This document shows, one piece after another, positions 24,090-33,087 of a DNA stretch of 37,611 bases. The position numbers and the translations under genes are program-made. Each line of letters begins with the position of its first letter. Position 1 is the first letter of the stretch. Source of the DNA: a virus; IMG/VR virus record IMGVR_UViG_3300045988_036701; one strand, 5' to 3'. The notes beneath the pieces are model-generated. The model ran no database searches, had not been told where the DNA came from, and saw only the letters and a program-made list of their open reading frames with translations.

Positions 24090-25374
24090 CTTTTTGCCTT
24101 TTTCAGATCAGCAAAAGCGGCTTATGCACTGGTGGAGACCGGGACTTAAGTCAGCAGAGTGTGATTATGTAATTGCAGATGGATCTATCCGATCAGGAAA
24201 GACAATCGCCTGCATTATCGGTTTTTTGACGTGGTCGCAGACTATGTTTCAGGGTGAGTCTTTTATTCTGGCAGGAAAGACGATGGGAGCGCTCAAGAAG
24301 AATGTCATTAAGCCTATGTTGCAGATCATGGAGGCATGGGGCTGGCCGTATGAGTATGTACGATCCGGATCGGAACCGCATATTGACATAGGCAGTAATA
24401 CGTATTATCTTTTTGGCGCGAACACGGATGCTGCACAGGATTCCCTTCAGGGTTTGACAGCAGCTGGAGCCTATGCAGACGAGGCGGCGCTTTTTCCACA
24501 GTCCTTTATAGATCAGATGATTGGACGCTGTTCGGTTTATGGCCGGAAAATCTGGCTGAACTGTAACCCGCAGGGGCCGCACCACTATATTTACGAGGAA
24601 TATATCCAACCGAAAGCAGCCAGGAAAAAGGGCGTTTATCATCTGCACTTTACCATGGATGACAATTTGTCTCTGCATCCGAAGATTAAAGCAGGATACA
24701 AGCGAGCCTGGTCGCCGGGGAGCGTATTCTACAAGCGTTTTGTTCTTGGCTTATGGGTAGCAGCTGACGGTTTGATCTATCAGCAGTTTGCAGATAATGT
24801 GAGAGATTACCTGATCGGTCCCGACTGGCTGGAAGAGAATCAGATTATGTATGCAGTAATCGGCGTTGACTTTGGAGGCACGAAGTCAGCGCATTCTTTT
24901 ACGCTTACGGGATTCTCGAAAGGGTTCAAGCAGGTTGTTGTCTTGGATGAGTATTATCGCAAGAAGCGGATTAATCCGAAACAGCTTCAAGACGACTTCG
25001 TGGACTTCGTAAAACGCGCACAAGCCAGGTTTAAGGTCTATGAGGCATACTGTGACAGCGCAGAGCAGACGCTAATCAGCGGGCTTGAAATGGCCTGTAT
25101 TCAAGCTCATGTGGCAATCGACATTAAGAACGCTATAAAGGGGCCGATCAATGACCGGATCGCTTTCTACAACTCATTGATTGCACAAGGTCGCTGGAAG
25201 GTGATGCGGCATTGTAAACATATCATAGAGGCATTCGAACAGGCAGTTTACGACGACAAAAAGCCTAATCAAGATATACGGCTGGACGACGGCCTGATGA
25301 ACGTGGACAGCTTAGACAGCACGGAATACAGCACAGAGAGTATACAGGACGAGATCTTGTATATAGCAGCATAG
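24055..25374 (+). CDS. terL: Terminase large subunit (PBSX/Terminase_3-like)
   Basis: Walker A DGSIRSGKT, and ADEAALF (Walker B-like). Confidence 0.9.
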   Translation: MPKKQKKPATFNFLPFSDQQKRLMHWWRPGLKSAECDYVIADGSIRSGKTIACIIGFLTWSQTMFQGESFILAGKTMGALKKNVIKPMLQIMEAWGWPYEYVRSGSEPHIDIGSNTYYLFGANTDAAQDSLQGLTAAGAYADEAALFPQSFIDQMIGRCSVYGRKIWLNCNPQGPHHYIYEEYIQPKAARKKGVYHLHFTMDDNLSLHPKIKAGYKRAWSPGSVFYKRFVLGLWVAADGLIYQQFADNVRDYLIGPDWLEENQIMYAVIGVDFGGTKSAHSFTLTGFSKGFKQVVVLDEYYRKKRINPKQLQDDFVDFVKRAQARFKVYEAYCDSAEQTLISGLEMACIQAHVAIDIKNAIKGPINDRIAFYNSLIAQGRWKVMRHCKHIIEAFEQAVYDDKKPNQDIRLDDGLMNVDSLDSTEYSTESIQDEILYIAA

Positions 25375-25385
25375 GAGGTGATGGC

Positions 25386-26876
25386 GTGGGAGTAATTCAG
25401 ACGTATTTGCAGAAGAAACGGAAGTTTGGCGGCGTTTCGGACGCCACTTACAATCATATCGATGAGTGGCTGGCCTGGTACCAAAACAGCGTTCGTAAGT
25501 TTCATATCTACTGGATCTATGACGGAATCAAAAGTAAGAAATGTGAACGGTACAAACTGGGAATGGCGAAGAAGGTTTGCGAGGACTGGGCGAATCTCCT
25601 GTTGAATGAAAAAGTTGCAATGAAAGCCGGAACATTCGATAAACGCCTGAAGGAGATCCTGGAAAGGAATAATTTTCAGGTACGCGCTAATCAGTTGATT
25701 GAGATTGCATATGCGCTTGGTACCGGGGCATTCGTGGAATATCTGGACGCTTCCGGGGGGCCGGTGATCGATTATATCAGGGCCAATATGATTTATCCCT
25801 TGTCTTGGGATAATGGAGACATTACCGAATGTGCCTTTGGATCTGTACGAGCGATCGATGAAAAGGAACGGATCTATTTACAGATTCACCGCAGGGGGAT
25901 TGTGACTGACGGAGAAAATCCGGATTTGTATTACATTGAAAATAAGTATCTGGATTCTGAATCAGGTGACGAGGTAGCGCTTCCGGAGGACATCGAAGCA
26001 GTTATATCGACGGGCTATGATAAACCGCTCTTTCAGATCATCACCCCAAACATTTGTAATAATGTAGATCTGGACAGCCCTATGGGGATTTCCGTATTCG
26101 CGAATGCCATTGACCAGGTGAAAGGTTGTGATTTGGTCTATGACTCTTACATGAATGAGTATGTATTGGGACGGAAACGGATCTTGGTGCCATATTCTCA
26201 GGCAAAGATCATGATGGAAAAAGACGGGACAGCACAACCGATATTTGACCCGAATGATTCCGTGTATTTTATGATGCCAGCTGACCGAGAAAACGATATG
26301 AAACTAACTGAGGTAGACATGACGATCCGGGCCAGTGAGCATGAGGAAGGATTGAACAAATCACTGGATCTCATGTCGTTAAAATGTGGTATGGGTACCG
26401 GTCGGTATAAGTTTGAAAGCAGCGGAGTAAAAACGGCCACGGAGGTTATCAGCGATAAGTCTGATTTATACCAGAACCTTCAGAAAAATAAAACGCCAAT
26501 TAAGGCTGCACTGATAGCTATGGTTAAAGCGCTGGCCTTTTTAGCATCCGGGAACGATCAGTTAGAAGTCAATGTCGATTTTGATGACTCCATCATTGAG
26601 GACACTAATACCACAGTGGACCGAAACATCAAACTGGTACAGGGTGGCCTTCGGTCAAAGCTGACCGCAATTATGGAGATCAACAAATGTAGTGAGGCAG
26701 AAGCTAAAAAAGAACTTGAACGGATCGGCCAGGACGGACAGATCACAGGGCAGGATATAGACTGGACACAGGAGGACAAAGACGAGGAGGAAGAGGAAAG
26801 AGATACGGAAAAGAATCACGTAGGATTCCGAAAGGGTGAAGAAAATGAACCTGATAGAAAATCAACGGACCGCTGA
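25386..26876 (+). CDS. Portal protein (SPP1 Gp6-like)
   Basis: GTG start after AGGAGGTG. Size, acidic C-terminus and synteny after terL all fit. Confidence 0.85.
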   Translation: MGVIQTYLQKKRKFGGVSDATYNHIDEWLAWYQNSVRKFHIYWIYDGIKSKKCERYKLGMAKKVCEDWANLLLNEKVAMKAGTFDKRLKEILERNNFQVRANQLIEIAYALGTGAFVEYLDASGGPVIDYIRANMIYPLSWDNGDITECAFGSVRAIDEKERIYLQIHRRGIVTDGENPDLYYIENKYLDSESGDEVALPEDIEAVISTGYDKPLFQIITPNICNNVDLDSPMGISVFANAIDQVKGCDLVYDSYMNEYVLGRKRILVPYSQAKIMMEKDGTAQPIFDPNDSVYFMMPADRENDMKLTEVDMTIRASEHEEGLNKSLDLMSLKCGMGTGRYKFESSGVKTATEVISDKSDLYQNLQKNKTPIKAALIAMVKALAFLASGNDQLEVNVDFDDSIIEDTNTTVDRNIKLVQGGLRSKLTAIMEINKCSEAEAKKELERIGQDGQITGQDIDWTQEDKDEEEEERDTEKNHVGFRKGEENEPDRKSTDR

Positions 26877-28062
26877 TGGGCCTACAGGGTTGTATCAGGA
26901 TCTTGAGGAAATACTGATGAAAAACATCGTCAGGCATATCCGGAATTACGATCAGCCAATTCCTACTGATGAATGGTTAATGCAAAAGCTTGCGGAGATC
27001 GGAAAACTGAATAAGGAGAATATCCGGCTTATCAGCGAGATGGCCGGAATCAGTAATACCGCAGCGCAACGTATGTTGGAGGAGATGGCAGAACAAGTGA
27101 CAAATGAACTTGAGCCGGGTTTTCAGTATCTTTCCCGTCAGGGGATTATCGATGAAGCTGTGAAGGCTACGAAGAGCCGTAATGTTTTGCAGGTCATGAA
27201 GACATTGAGGAAACAGGCGAAGGACACTTTAAACCTGTGTAATACCACAATGCTGTATAAAGCCAGGGACGCATACAAAGCACTGGTAACAGATATTGCA
27301 CGGGCTGCCGGTGAGATGGAAACAAAACAATCTTTTCTCGATCTTCTGAATACAGAAGCAACAGCTTCTGTTATGGGGGCAGAATCACGAACACAGGCAC
27401 TCAGGAGGTGCATTCAGCGCTTTAACGAAAAGGGAATTCCTGCATTTGTAGATACTGCCGGGAGAGAATGGACACCGGAAGCATATGTCAATATGGCTAT
27501 GCGGACCACTTCCGGAAATGTAGCACATGAAATTCAGATGGCACGCTGCGAGGATTATGGTGTGGATCTGATTGAAGTTGACAGCCATGCCGGCGCCCGT
27601 CCGAAATGCGCCAGAGATCAGGGGAAAATATTTGATCGGGCCAATAAGTCTAATAAATATCCTCATTGGAATACTTCCAGCTATGGAGAACCTGATGGAA
27701 TACTCGGTATTAATTGCCGACACCATATTTATCCGTATATCGAGGGCGTGTCTGTTAGAAGACACTTCCCCACTGACGATATGGACGCAAACGATAAATT
27801 GTACCAGGAAACACAGAAGCAGCGGGCGCTTGAACGGTCCGTCAGAAAACAAAAAAGGGAGTGTATGCTATATGACGAGTTGGGAGATAAAGAAGCCTTT
27901 GAGGCAGCCGCCATAAAGCTGAAGGAAAAAGAGAAGCGGCTTAAGCAATACGTAGATAAGAATGACAAGCTGCACCGGCGGACAGACCGGGAACAGGTTG
28001 TTGGATTCGATAAGCGGACCAGTGCCGAGGCCAGAGGAGCCGCGGTAAAGAAAAAGAAATAA
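26845..28062 (+). CDS. Minor head / head morphogenesis protein (SPP1 gp7 / Mu F-like)
   Basis: PKCARDQGKIFD and GINCRHHIYPY. Synteny after the portal gene. Confidence 0.8.
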   Translation: MNLIENQRTADGPTGLYQDLEEILMKNIVRHIRNYDQPIPTDEWLMQKLAEIGKLNKENIRLISEMAGISNTAAQRMLEEMAEQVTNELEPGFQYLSRQGIIDEAVKATKSRNVLQVMKTLRKQAKDTLNLCNTTMLYKARDAYKALVTDIARAAGEMETKQSFLDLLNTEATASVMGAESRTQALRRCIQRFNEKGIPAFVDTAGREWTPEAYVNMAMRTTSGNVAHEIQMARCEDYGVDLIEVDSHAGARPKCARDQGKIFDRANKSNKYPHWNTSSYGEPDGILGINCRHHIYPYIEGVSVRRHFPTDDMDANDKLYQETQKQRALERSVRKQKRECMLYDELGDKEAFEAAAIKLKEKEKRLKQYVDKNDKLHRRTDREQVVGFDKRTSAEARGAAVKKKK

Positions 28063-28160
28063 AATGAGTTGCTACGGCGGTAACAATGGTGTAGAACAAC
28101 GCCTGTTTTAATTGCCGGAAATCTGCCGACGGGCGTTAAACGGTGAGAGGAGAAATAACA

Positions 28161-28790
28161 ATGTATAAATTTTTAAACAATCCATATTTACACGGTCCTT
28201 ACATGGAAGCAGATAAGGGCGGAGGAGCTGGGGGCTCTGAAAAGGACGGCGAAGAGGCCGGAGGTGACGACCAGGCCGGAGATGATTCGGACGAAGACGG
28301 AAACGAAGACGATAACCAGGAGGATAAGCAGTACACACAGAAGGATATCGACGATGCTGTAAAAAAGCGTCTGGCCCGTGAAAAACGGAAATGGCAGAGG
28401 GAACAGCAGAAGGCTGGAGACGGAGCCGCCAAAGAAGATAAGGGCCAGGAAGACGGGGAAAGCGAGGCCGATCAGAAAGCAAAGAAAGCCGAAGAGAAAG
28501 CTGCTGCTCTGGAAATGAAATGGACCTGTCTTGAGCATGAGGTCAAAAAGGATTGTGTGGATGATGTTCTGGCTCTTGCCAAAGTGCATATGGCAAAAGA
28601 TGAGGGTATGGATATTGAAGATGCAATTGACGAAGTACTGAAAAAGTACCCTCAGTTCAAAGACGGATATGAAGATTCTGACGAAGAAAATGGTCAGGAT
28701 AAAAAAGGCTGGGGGCAGCGCCACGGGAAAGCCCAGCCGAAATCAACAACCGTGGAAGATGAAATCAGGAAACAGTTATTTGGAAAATAA
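28161..28790 (+). CDS. Scaffolding protein (DUF4355-like)
   Basis: Acidic low-complexity region, then YTQKDIDDAVKKRLAREKRKW. It precedes the major capsid gene. Confidence 0.75.
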   Translation: MYKFLNNPYLHGPYMEADKGGGAGGSEKDGEEAGGDDQAGDDSDEDGNEDDNQEDKQYTQKDIDDAVKKRLAREKRKWQREQQKAGDGAAKEDKGQEDGESEADQKAKKAEEKAAALEMKWTCLEHEVKKDCVDDVLALAKVHMAKDEGMDIEDAIDEVLKKYPQFKDGYEDSDEENGQDKKGWGQRHGKAQPKSTTVEDEIRKQLFGK

Positions 28791-28809
28791 GAAAGGGTAA
28801 GGTGAAACT

Positions 28810-29790
28810 ATGGCAGCTTTTACTTTAGCACAGGCAAAAAATTTAAGTCAGGATAAACTGACAAACTTTGTAATTGATGAGTTTAGAAAGTCTCCGCTTC
28901 TGGACGCAATGGTATTTGATGATACCGTAAAGCCGCAGGGTGGCACTACTATGACGTATGTCTATAACCGGGTTAAGACGATGGCAACAGCAGCCGGAAG
29001 AGCGCTGAACGCAGAATATACTCCTCAGCAGGCAGATACTGAGCAGGTTACTGTTAATCTTAAGGTATTTGGTGGTTCTTTTAGTATTGACCGTGTAATT
29101 GCCAATTATGAAAAACAGGTTCTCGATCTGGTACAGTTTCAGCTTCAGCAGAAGACAACGGCAGTACGGTCACTGTTCCAGGACTGGATGATCAATGGAG
29201 ACAGCTCCAAAGACAGCGGTATTGCCTTTGATGGATTATCAAAGATCCTTAAAGGAACCAGTACAGAAGTAACCCTTGACAGTGCAGCGCTCCTTGATCT
29301 TTCAACAGCAGCAAACGTAAAAGCAAACTGGCAGTCCTTCCTCTACGAGCTCCGGCAGGTAGAGAAGCTGCTTGATGGAGAGCCGGGGGTGATCCTGGTA
29401 AATAATGATCTGTTCGCAGTCTTCCAGTCCGTGGCGGATTTGTCCACGCAGTTTCAGCAGACGAAAAACGATCTTGGAACACAGATTGTAAAATACGGTA
29501 ATGCAATCATTATGAAGATGGGAGATAAGCCGGGAACATCAACACCAATTATTTCGACGGATGCGGAAAAGGGAACGACAGACATGTATCTGTTCAGGAT
29601 CGGACTGGACGCTGTTCACGGAGTAACGCCAGAGGGAACAAAAGAACCGAAGATTTACCTGCCGGATATGACCAGGCCCGGAGCAGTGAAAACCGGAGAA
29701 GTTGAGATGGTGGCGGCCATGGCGGTTAAGGCAACGAAATCCGCGGCTGTTCTTCATGGTATCCAGGTTGCGCCGGCGCAAGGAGCATAA
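28810..29790 (+). CDS. Major capsid protein
   Basis: Size and position after the scaffold gene. Strong RBS. Confidence 0.8.
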   Translation: MAAFTLAQAKNLSQDKLTNFVIDEFRKSPLLDAMVFDDTVKPQGGTTMTYVYNRVKTMATAAGRALNAEYTPQQADTEQVTVNLKVFGGSFSIDRVIANYEKQVLDLVQFQLQQKTTAVRSLFQDWMINGDSSKDSGIAFDGLSKILKGTSTEVTLDSAALLDLSTAANVKANWQSFLYELRQVEKLLDGEPGVILVNNDLFAVFQSVADLSTQFQQTKNDLGTQIVKYGNAIIMKMGDKPGTSTPIISTDAEKGTTDMYLFRIGLDAVHGVTPEGTKEPKIYLPDMTRPGAVKTGEVEMVAAMAVKATKSAAVLHGIQVAPAQGA

Positions 29791-29807
29791 AGAACGGAGG
29801 CGGTAAA

Positions 29808-30194
29808 GTGCCATACGTAGATGATAACTATTACTTAAATACATTCCACGGGGAGCCGGTAGATCCCGCCGACTTCCCGTCACTCTCTATGAGGGCGGAG
29901 GAACTGGTGGAAGAAATGACCATGTACCGTCTGAATGCATCAACGTTTCAGGCAATGTCAGAAGATATGCAGCAGCGTGTAAAGAATGCGGTATGTGCTC
30001 AAATCGAATACCTTGACGCAAACGGCGGTAGTGACATGGACAATGGAGCAGAGCTTCAGAGCGCAGGTCTGGGAAAGTTTAACTATTCCATGGCTGCCAG
30101 TTCAAATGGGAGTACAACCCAGTCAGTATATGCTCCGCGAGCTTTGCGCGTCCTGATGCCTACTGGCTTGTTGTACAGAGGAGGTGGCGGCTAG
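29808..30194 (+). CDS. Head-tail connector/adaptor protein
   Basis: Synteny and size. GTG start after GGAGG. Confidence 0.55.
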   Translation: MPYVDDNYYLNTFHGEPVDPADFPSLSMRAEELVEEMTMYRLNASTFQAMSEDMQQRVKNAVCAQIEYLDANGGSDMDNGAELQSAGLGKFNYSMAASSNGSTTQSVYAPRALRVLMPTGLLYRGGGG

Positions 30195-30535
30195 TGAAAC
30201 CGATACCGAAAAGCCTATTAATCCATAAGGTTCAGATACAGACTGTTACCGGTAAGGATGAATGGGGATCTGAAACGTTTTCTGATCCGGTTCCTGTAAG
30301 GTATGTAAGGCTGGAGCCGTCAACAAAATATGTGAAAGATAAACAGAATGAAGAGATCCAGCTTGCGGCAGTCCTGTTCTATGACTGCCACAACAGCCGG
30401 CCGCGGGGAATGGCATTCCATGACGGCCAGATGATCGTCTTTCATGGCGAAATGTACCGGATTCAACTGGTAGAACCATTGTATGATGGGAGAAAGCTGC
30501 ATCATTTTGAAGTGGGGCTGATTCGCAATGCCTAA
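30194..30535 (+). CDS. Head closure / head-tail joining protein
   Basis: TAGTG overlap. The C-terminal ..KLHHFEVGL.. motif is typical of head-tail joining proteins. Confidence 0.55.
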   Translation: MKPIPKSLLIHKVQIQTVTGKDEWGSETFSDPVPVRYVRLEPSTKYVKDKQNEEIQLAAVLFYDCHNSRPRGMAFHDGQMIVFHGEMYRIQLVEPLYDGRKLHHFEVGLIRNA

Positions 30536-30923
30536 AATACAGACAAGGGTTACGATTAATAAATCATCGATCCGGATGCGGATCAAAGCAGCGGAGCAAG
30601 GCGCGCTTAATACGGTATCCATGCAGGCGCTTAAAGATGCGAACCTATATTGTCCGGAAGATCAAGAGAATCTGGTAAACAGCAGTCTTACGAATAGTGA
30701 GCCAGAAAGGGGAGTTCTGCGCTGGGCTACGGTATATGCGCGTATGCAGTACTATGGTGTTGTGATGGAGGGGCGTCCCCCCAAAGTGGCTACGGACCGG
30801 CCACTGAAATATACGAAGCCGGGTGCACAAAAAATGTGGGCGCATTATGCCAGGGCAAAGCATGGAAATGAATGGAAAAAGATATATCAGGCAGAACTAA
30901 GGAGGCTGATGAGGAATGATTGA
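30528..30923 (+). CDS. Minor capsid / tail-completion (HK97 gp10-like) protein
   Basis: Synteny. The motif YARMQYYG....KMWAHYA. Confidence 0.55.
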   Translation: MPKIQTRVTINKSSIRMRIKAAEQGALNTVSMQALKDANLYCPEDQENLVNSSLTNSEPERGVLRWATVYARMQYYGVVMEGRPPKVATDRPLKYTKPGAQKMWAHYARAKHGNEWKKIYQAELRRLMRND

Positions 30924-31302
30924 ACCACAGGTTGAATTACTGGATCTGATTTCAACAACCGTGAAGGAAAATTTCGGAATCCATGTAAGCCTTGACGGGA
31001 CGCCAAAGCGCGGCGGCGTCAGTGCAGAGCTGGGGGCTGGGTATAGTGACGCGCTCTATTATGACAAGAGTGCCACACGTATCATACCGGTCTTATTTTT
31101 GAGTAAGGATGCTAATCAGCAGCTTGCATTAAGCCGGTTATGCCAGATATGCAACTATTTCCAACGGCTGAAGGTATACCCAGTCGCCGAAAGTTTTTCC
31201 TGGCTTGATGCTGTTACGACCACAGAGCCGAACAAAGTAGGATTACAGGAAGACCGGCAGTATATTTATTCAGCTATTATTAACATGTCAATCTATTTTT
31301 GA
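30916..31302 (+). CDS. Tail terminator-like protein
   Basis: Synteny immediately upstream of the major tail gene. Confidence 0.5.
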   Translation: MIEPQVELLDLISTTVKENFGIHVSLDGTPKRGGVSAELGAGYSDALYYDKSATRIIPVLFLSKDANQQLALSRLCQICNYFQRLKVYPVAESFSWLDAVTTTEPNKVGLQEDRQYIYSAIINMSIYF

Positions 31303-31313
31303 GAGGTGAGAAG

Positions 31314-31808
31314 ATGAAGAAAATGAATCTGCAATTCTTTGCGGAGCCGGCCCTTCCGAAAAATACGGAGACACCGGAAATTAACTATGAGACAGAGGCG
31401 TTCTTGAACACGGCTCCGGACGGTGATACACCTATGTGGGCCAGTATGGCGAAGCTGATGAAAAACATGTCACAGGCGCTTAATGAGGTACTGTATCAGG
31501 CAAGTTATTACGCTGATAAGGGCTGGGGCAGTTCTGAGGTAACGGGCGCACAGCTTACCCTTACAATCACGGGTGATGTTAAGCCGGAAGATCCGGCGGC
31601 GGTTTATCTGCTTTCTGATAAGGTGCTTTATGGGCTTGCAAATGCCAGAAAGACACACCTGAAGCTTGAAAAGGGTGAGAAGGTTATTATCTGGCCCGTG
31701 ACGCTGGCAAACATTACCCCAGCTTATGGAGACAGTAACCAGCCGAACGCATTGACAGTGACGATCCATGGGAACGGCAGGCCAACGATTGGAACAAAGA
31801 CAGCATAA
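31314..31808 (+). CDS. Major tail protein
   Basis: ATG follows GAGAGGTGAG. The N-terminus is MKKMNLQFFAE. It is followed by a strong terminator and the chaperone genes. Confidence 0.7.
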   Translation: MKKMNLQFFAEPALPKNTETPEINYETEAFLNTAPDGDTPMWASMAKLMKNMSQALNEVLYQASYYADKGWGSSEVTGAQLTLTITGDVKPEDPAAVYLLSDKVLYGLANARKTHLKLEKGEKVIIWPVTLANITPAYGDSNQPNALTVTIHGNGRPTIGTKTA

Positions 31809-31835
31809 AGAGAGACTTATTCGGTCTCTCTTTTT
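31809..31835 (+). terminator. Rho-independent terminator after the major tail gene
   Basis: AGAGAGAC-TTATTCG-GTCTCTCT followed by TTTT. Confidence 0.7.
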
Positions 31836-31853
31836 AATTGGAGGAAAAAAACT

Positions 31854-32288
31854 ATGGCATATCAGGCAAAAAGAAAACAGCTCTATACGGAAGATTTTGA
31901 ACTTACAGAGGAGAACGGAACTGTCGTACACAGACTGCATGTAGAACTCGATCCGGATAGCATGGCGGTCAGGCTATCAGAAAAGCATATGGATCTTGTA
32001 CGTGCGCTGGACGATGTAAAACGCTGCAACGGAAATACAACTACAGAGGACGGACTGGAAGTCGTAGGAAGGGCGGTTACGGATATCCTTGAAGCGGTAT
32101 TTGGCAGAGATAACGCGAAAATAATCGCTGAGTTCTATAATGGCCGTTACTTTGAAATGTGTCGGGAGGTAATGCCTTTTGTGACAGGTGTAGTAATACC
32201 AGAGATCCGCAAGATTGCTCAGGAGAACAAGAAAACTATAGCTGCCGGGTACAACAGGAAACAGCGGAGCATGTTCGGAAGGAAGTGA
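31854..32288 (+). CDS. Tail assembly chaperone (gpG-like)
   Basis: Position between the major tail and tape-measure genes. Confidence 0.6.
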   Translation: MAYQAKRKQLYTEDFELTEENGTVVHRLHVELDPDSMAVRLSEKHMDLVRALDDVKRCNGNTTTEDGLEVVGRAVTDILEAVFGRDNAKIIAEFYNGRYFEMCREVMPFVTGVVIPEIRKIAQENKKTIAAGYNRKQRSMFGRK

Positions 32289-32292
32289 TCTG

Positions 32293-32889
32293 GTGGGTTT
32301 CCTTACGGATTATGAAGATAGTTACCTCATATTTCAGGGGAGGCGATATAAGCTTGATCTGGCTTATGATACGGTTCTCAATGTGCAGCGCATGTTCCAG
32401 GAGAAAAAACTTGATGATTCTGACATGCTTATCGAGGCATTAAAGATATTCCATGTTCCGAAGCGATATATACGTTTGTTGACATGGCAGGAACGGTCAG
32501 ATCTGCTTCAGGCAATCTATGAGGAGAAGATACAAACCAGGTCACGGCCGCGGGTTGGAAAACAGCAAAAACTTTTCGATTTCGAGGACGACGGGGAATA
32601 TATTTACGCCTCTTTCATGCAGGATTATGGAATTGATCTTATTGAAGAACAGGGCCGTCTTCCGTGGAACCGTTTCATTGCATTGTTCCAGGGGCTTGGA
32701 GCAGATACAAAGATCAAAGAGGTTATGCGGTACCGGGGCATGGAAATCCCGAAGCCCAATAAGAGCAACCAGAAGGAAATTCAGGAGATTATGGAGCTGA
32801 AGACATATTACGCGCTTGGATACCAGGAAAACAACGGTGCTGAGGGGCTGGAGAAACTCTTTACGACTCTGGAGGGGATGGCTACATGA
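32293..32889 (+). CDS. Phage Gp15-family tail assembly protein
   Basis: YLIFQGRRYKLDLAYDTVLNVQRMFQEKKLDD resembles Phage_Gp15. Confidence 0.65.
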   Translation: MGFLTDYEDSYLIFQGRRYKLDLAYDTVLNVQRMFQEKKLDDSDMLIEALKIFHVPKRYIRLLTWQERSDLLQAIYEEKIQTRSRPRVGKQQKLFDFEDDGEYIYASFMQDYGIDLIEEQGRLPWNRFIALFQGLGADTKIKEVMRYRGMEIPKPNKSNQKEIQEIMELKTYYALGYQENNGAEGLEKLFTTLEGMAT

Positions 32890-33038
32890 AAACAGAAAAG
32901 GTAAAGTGTCCATACTGCGGACACGAACAGAATATTTTGTATGATAAGGAGAATGCCAGATGCCAGGGGATTTTCCTGCGCTGCAAAGCAAGACATTGCA
33001 GGAAAGATTTTGAACTTAAAATAAATAAAGACAAGTAG
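32886..33038 (+). CDS. Cys-rich zinc-ribbon mini-protein (50 aa, KTR-like), not in the ORF track
   Basis: ATGA overlap with the previous gene. KCPYCGHEQN....CKARHCRKDFELKI. Confidence 0.45.
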   Translation: MKTEKVKCPYCGHEQNILYDKENARCQGIFLRCKARHCRKDFELKINKDK

Positions 33039-33087
33039 TGCCGCTGTGCCGATGTCTGTCTGAAACAGATGAAGGCAGGTGGAATAA

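Noticed and set aside
32159-32443. -1 programmed frameshift (G/GT-type) from the tail chaperone 31854..32288 into the overlapping -1 frame ORF
   Set aside because: The ORF is in the -1 frame and extends past the chaperone stop. I found no X XXY YYZ slippery heptamer in the zero frame between 32100 and 32288. A separate Gp15-like gene also follows immediately.
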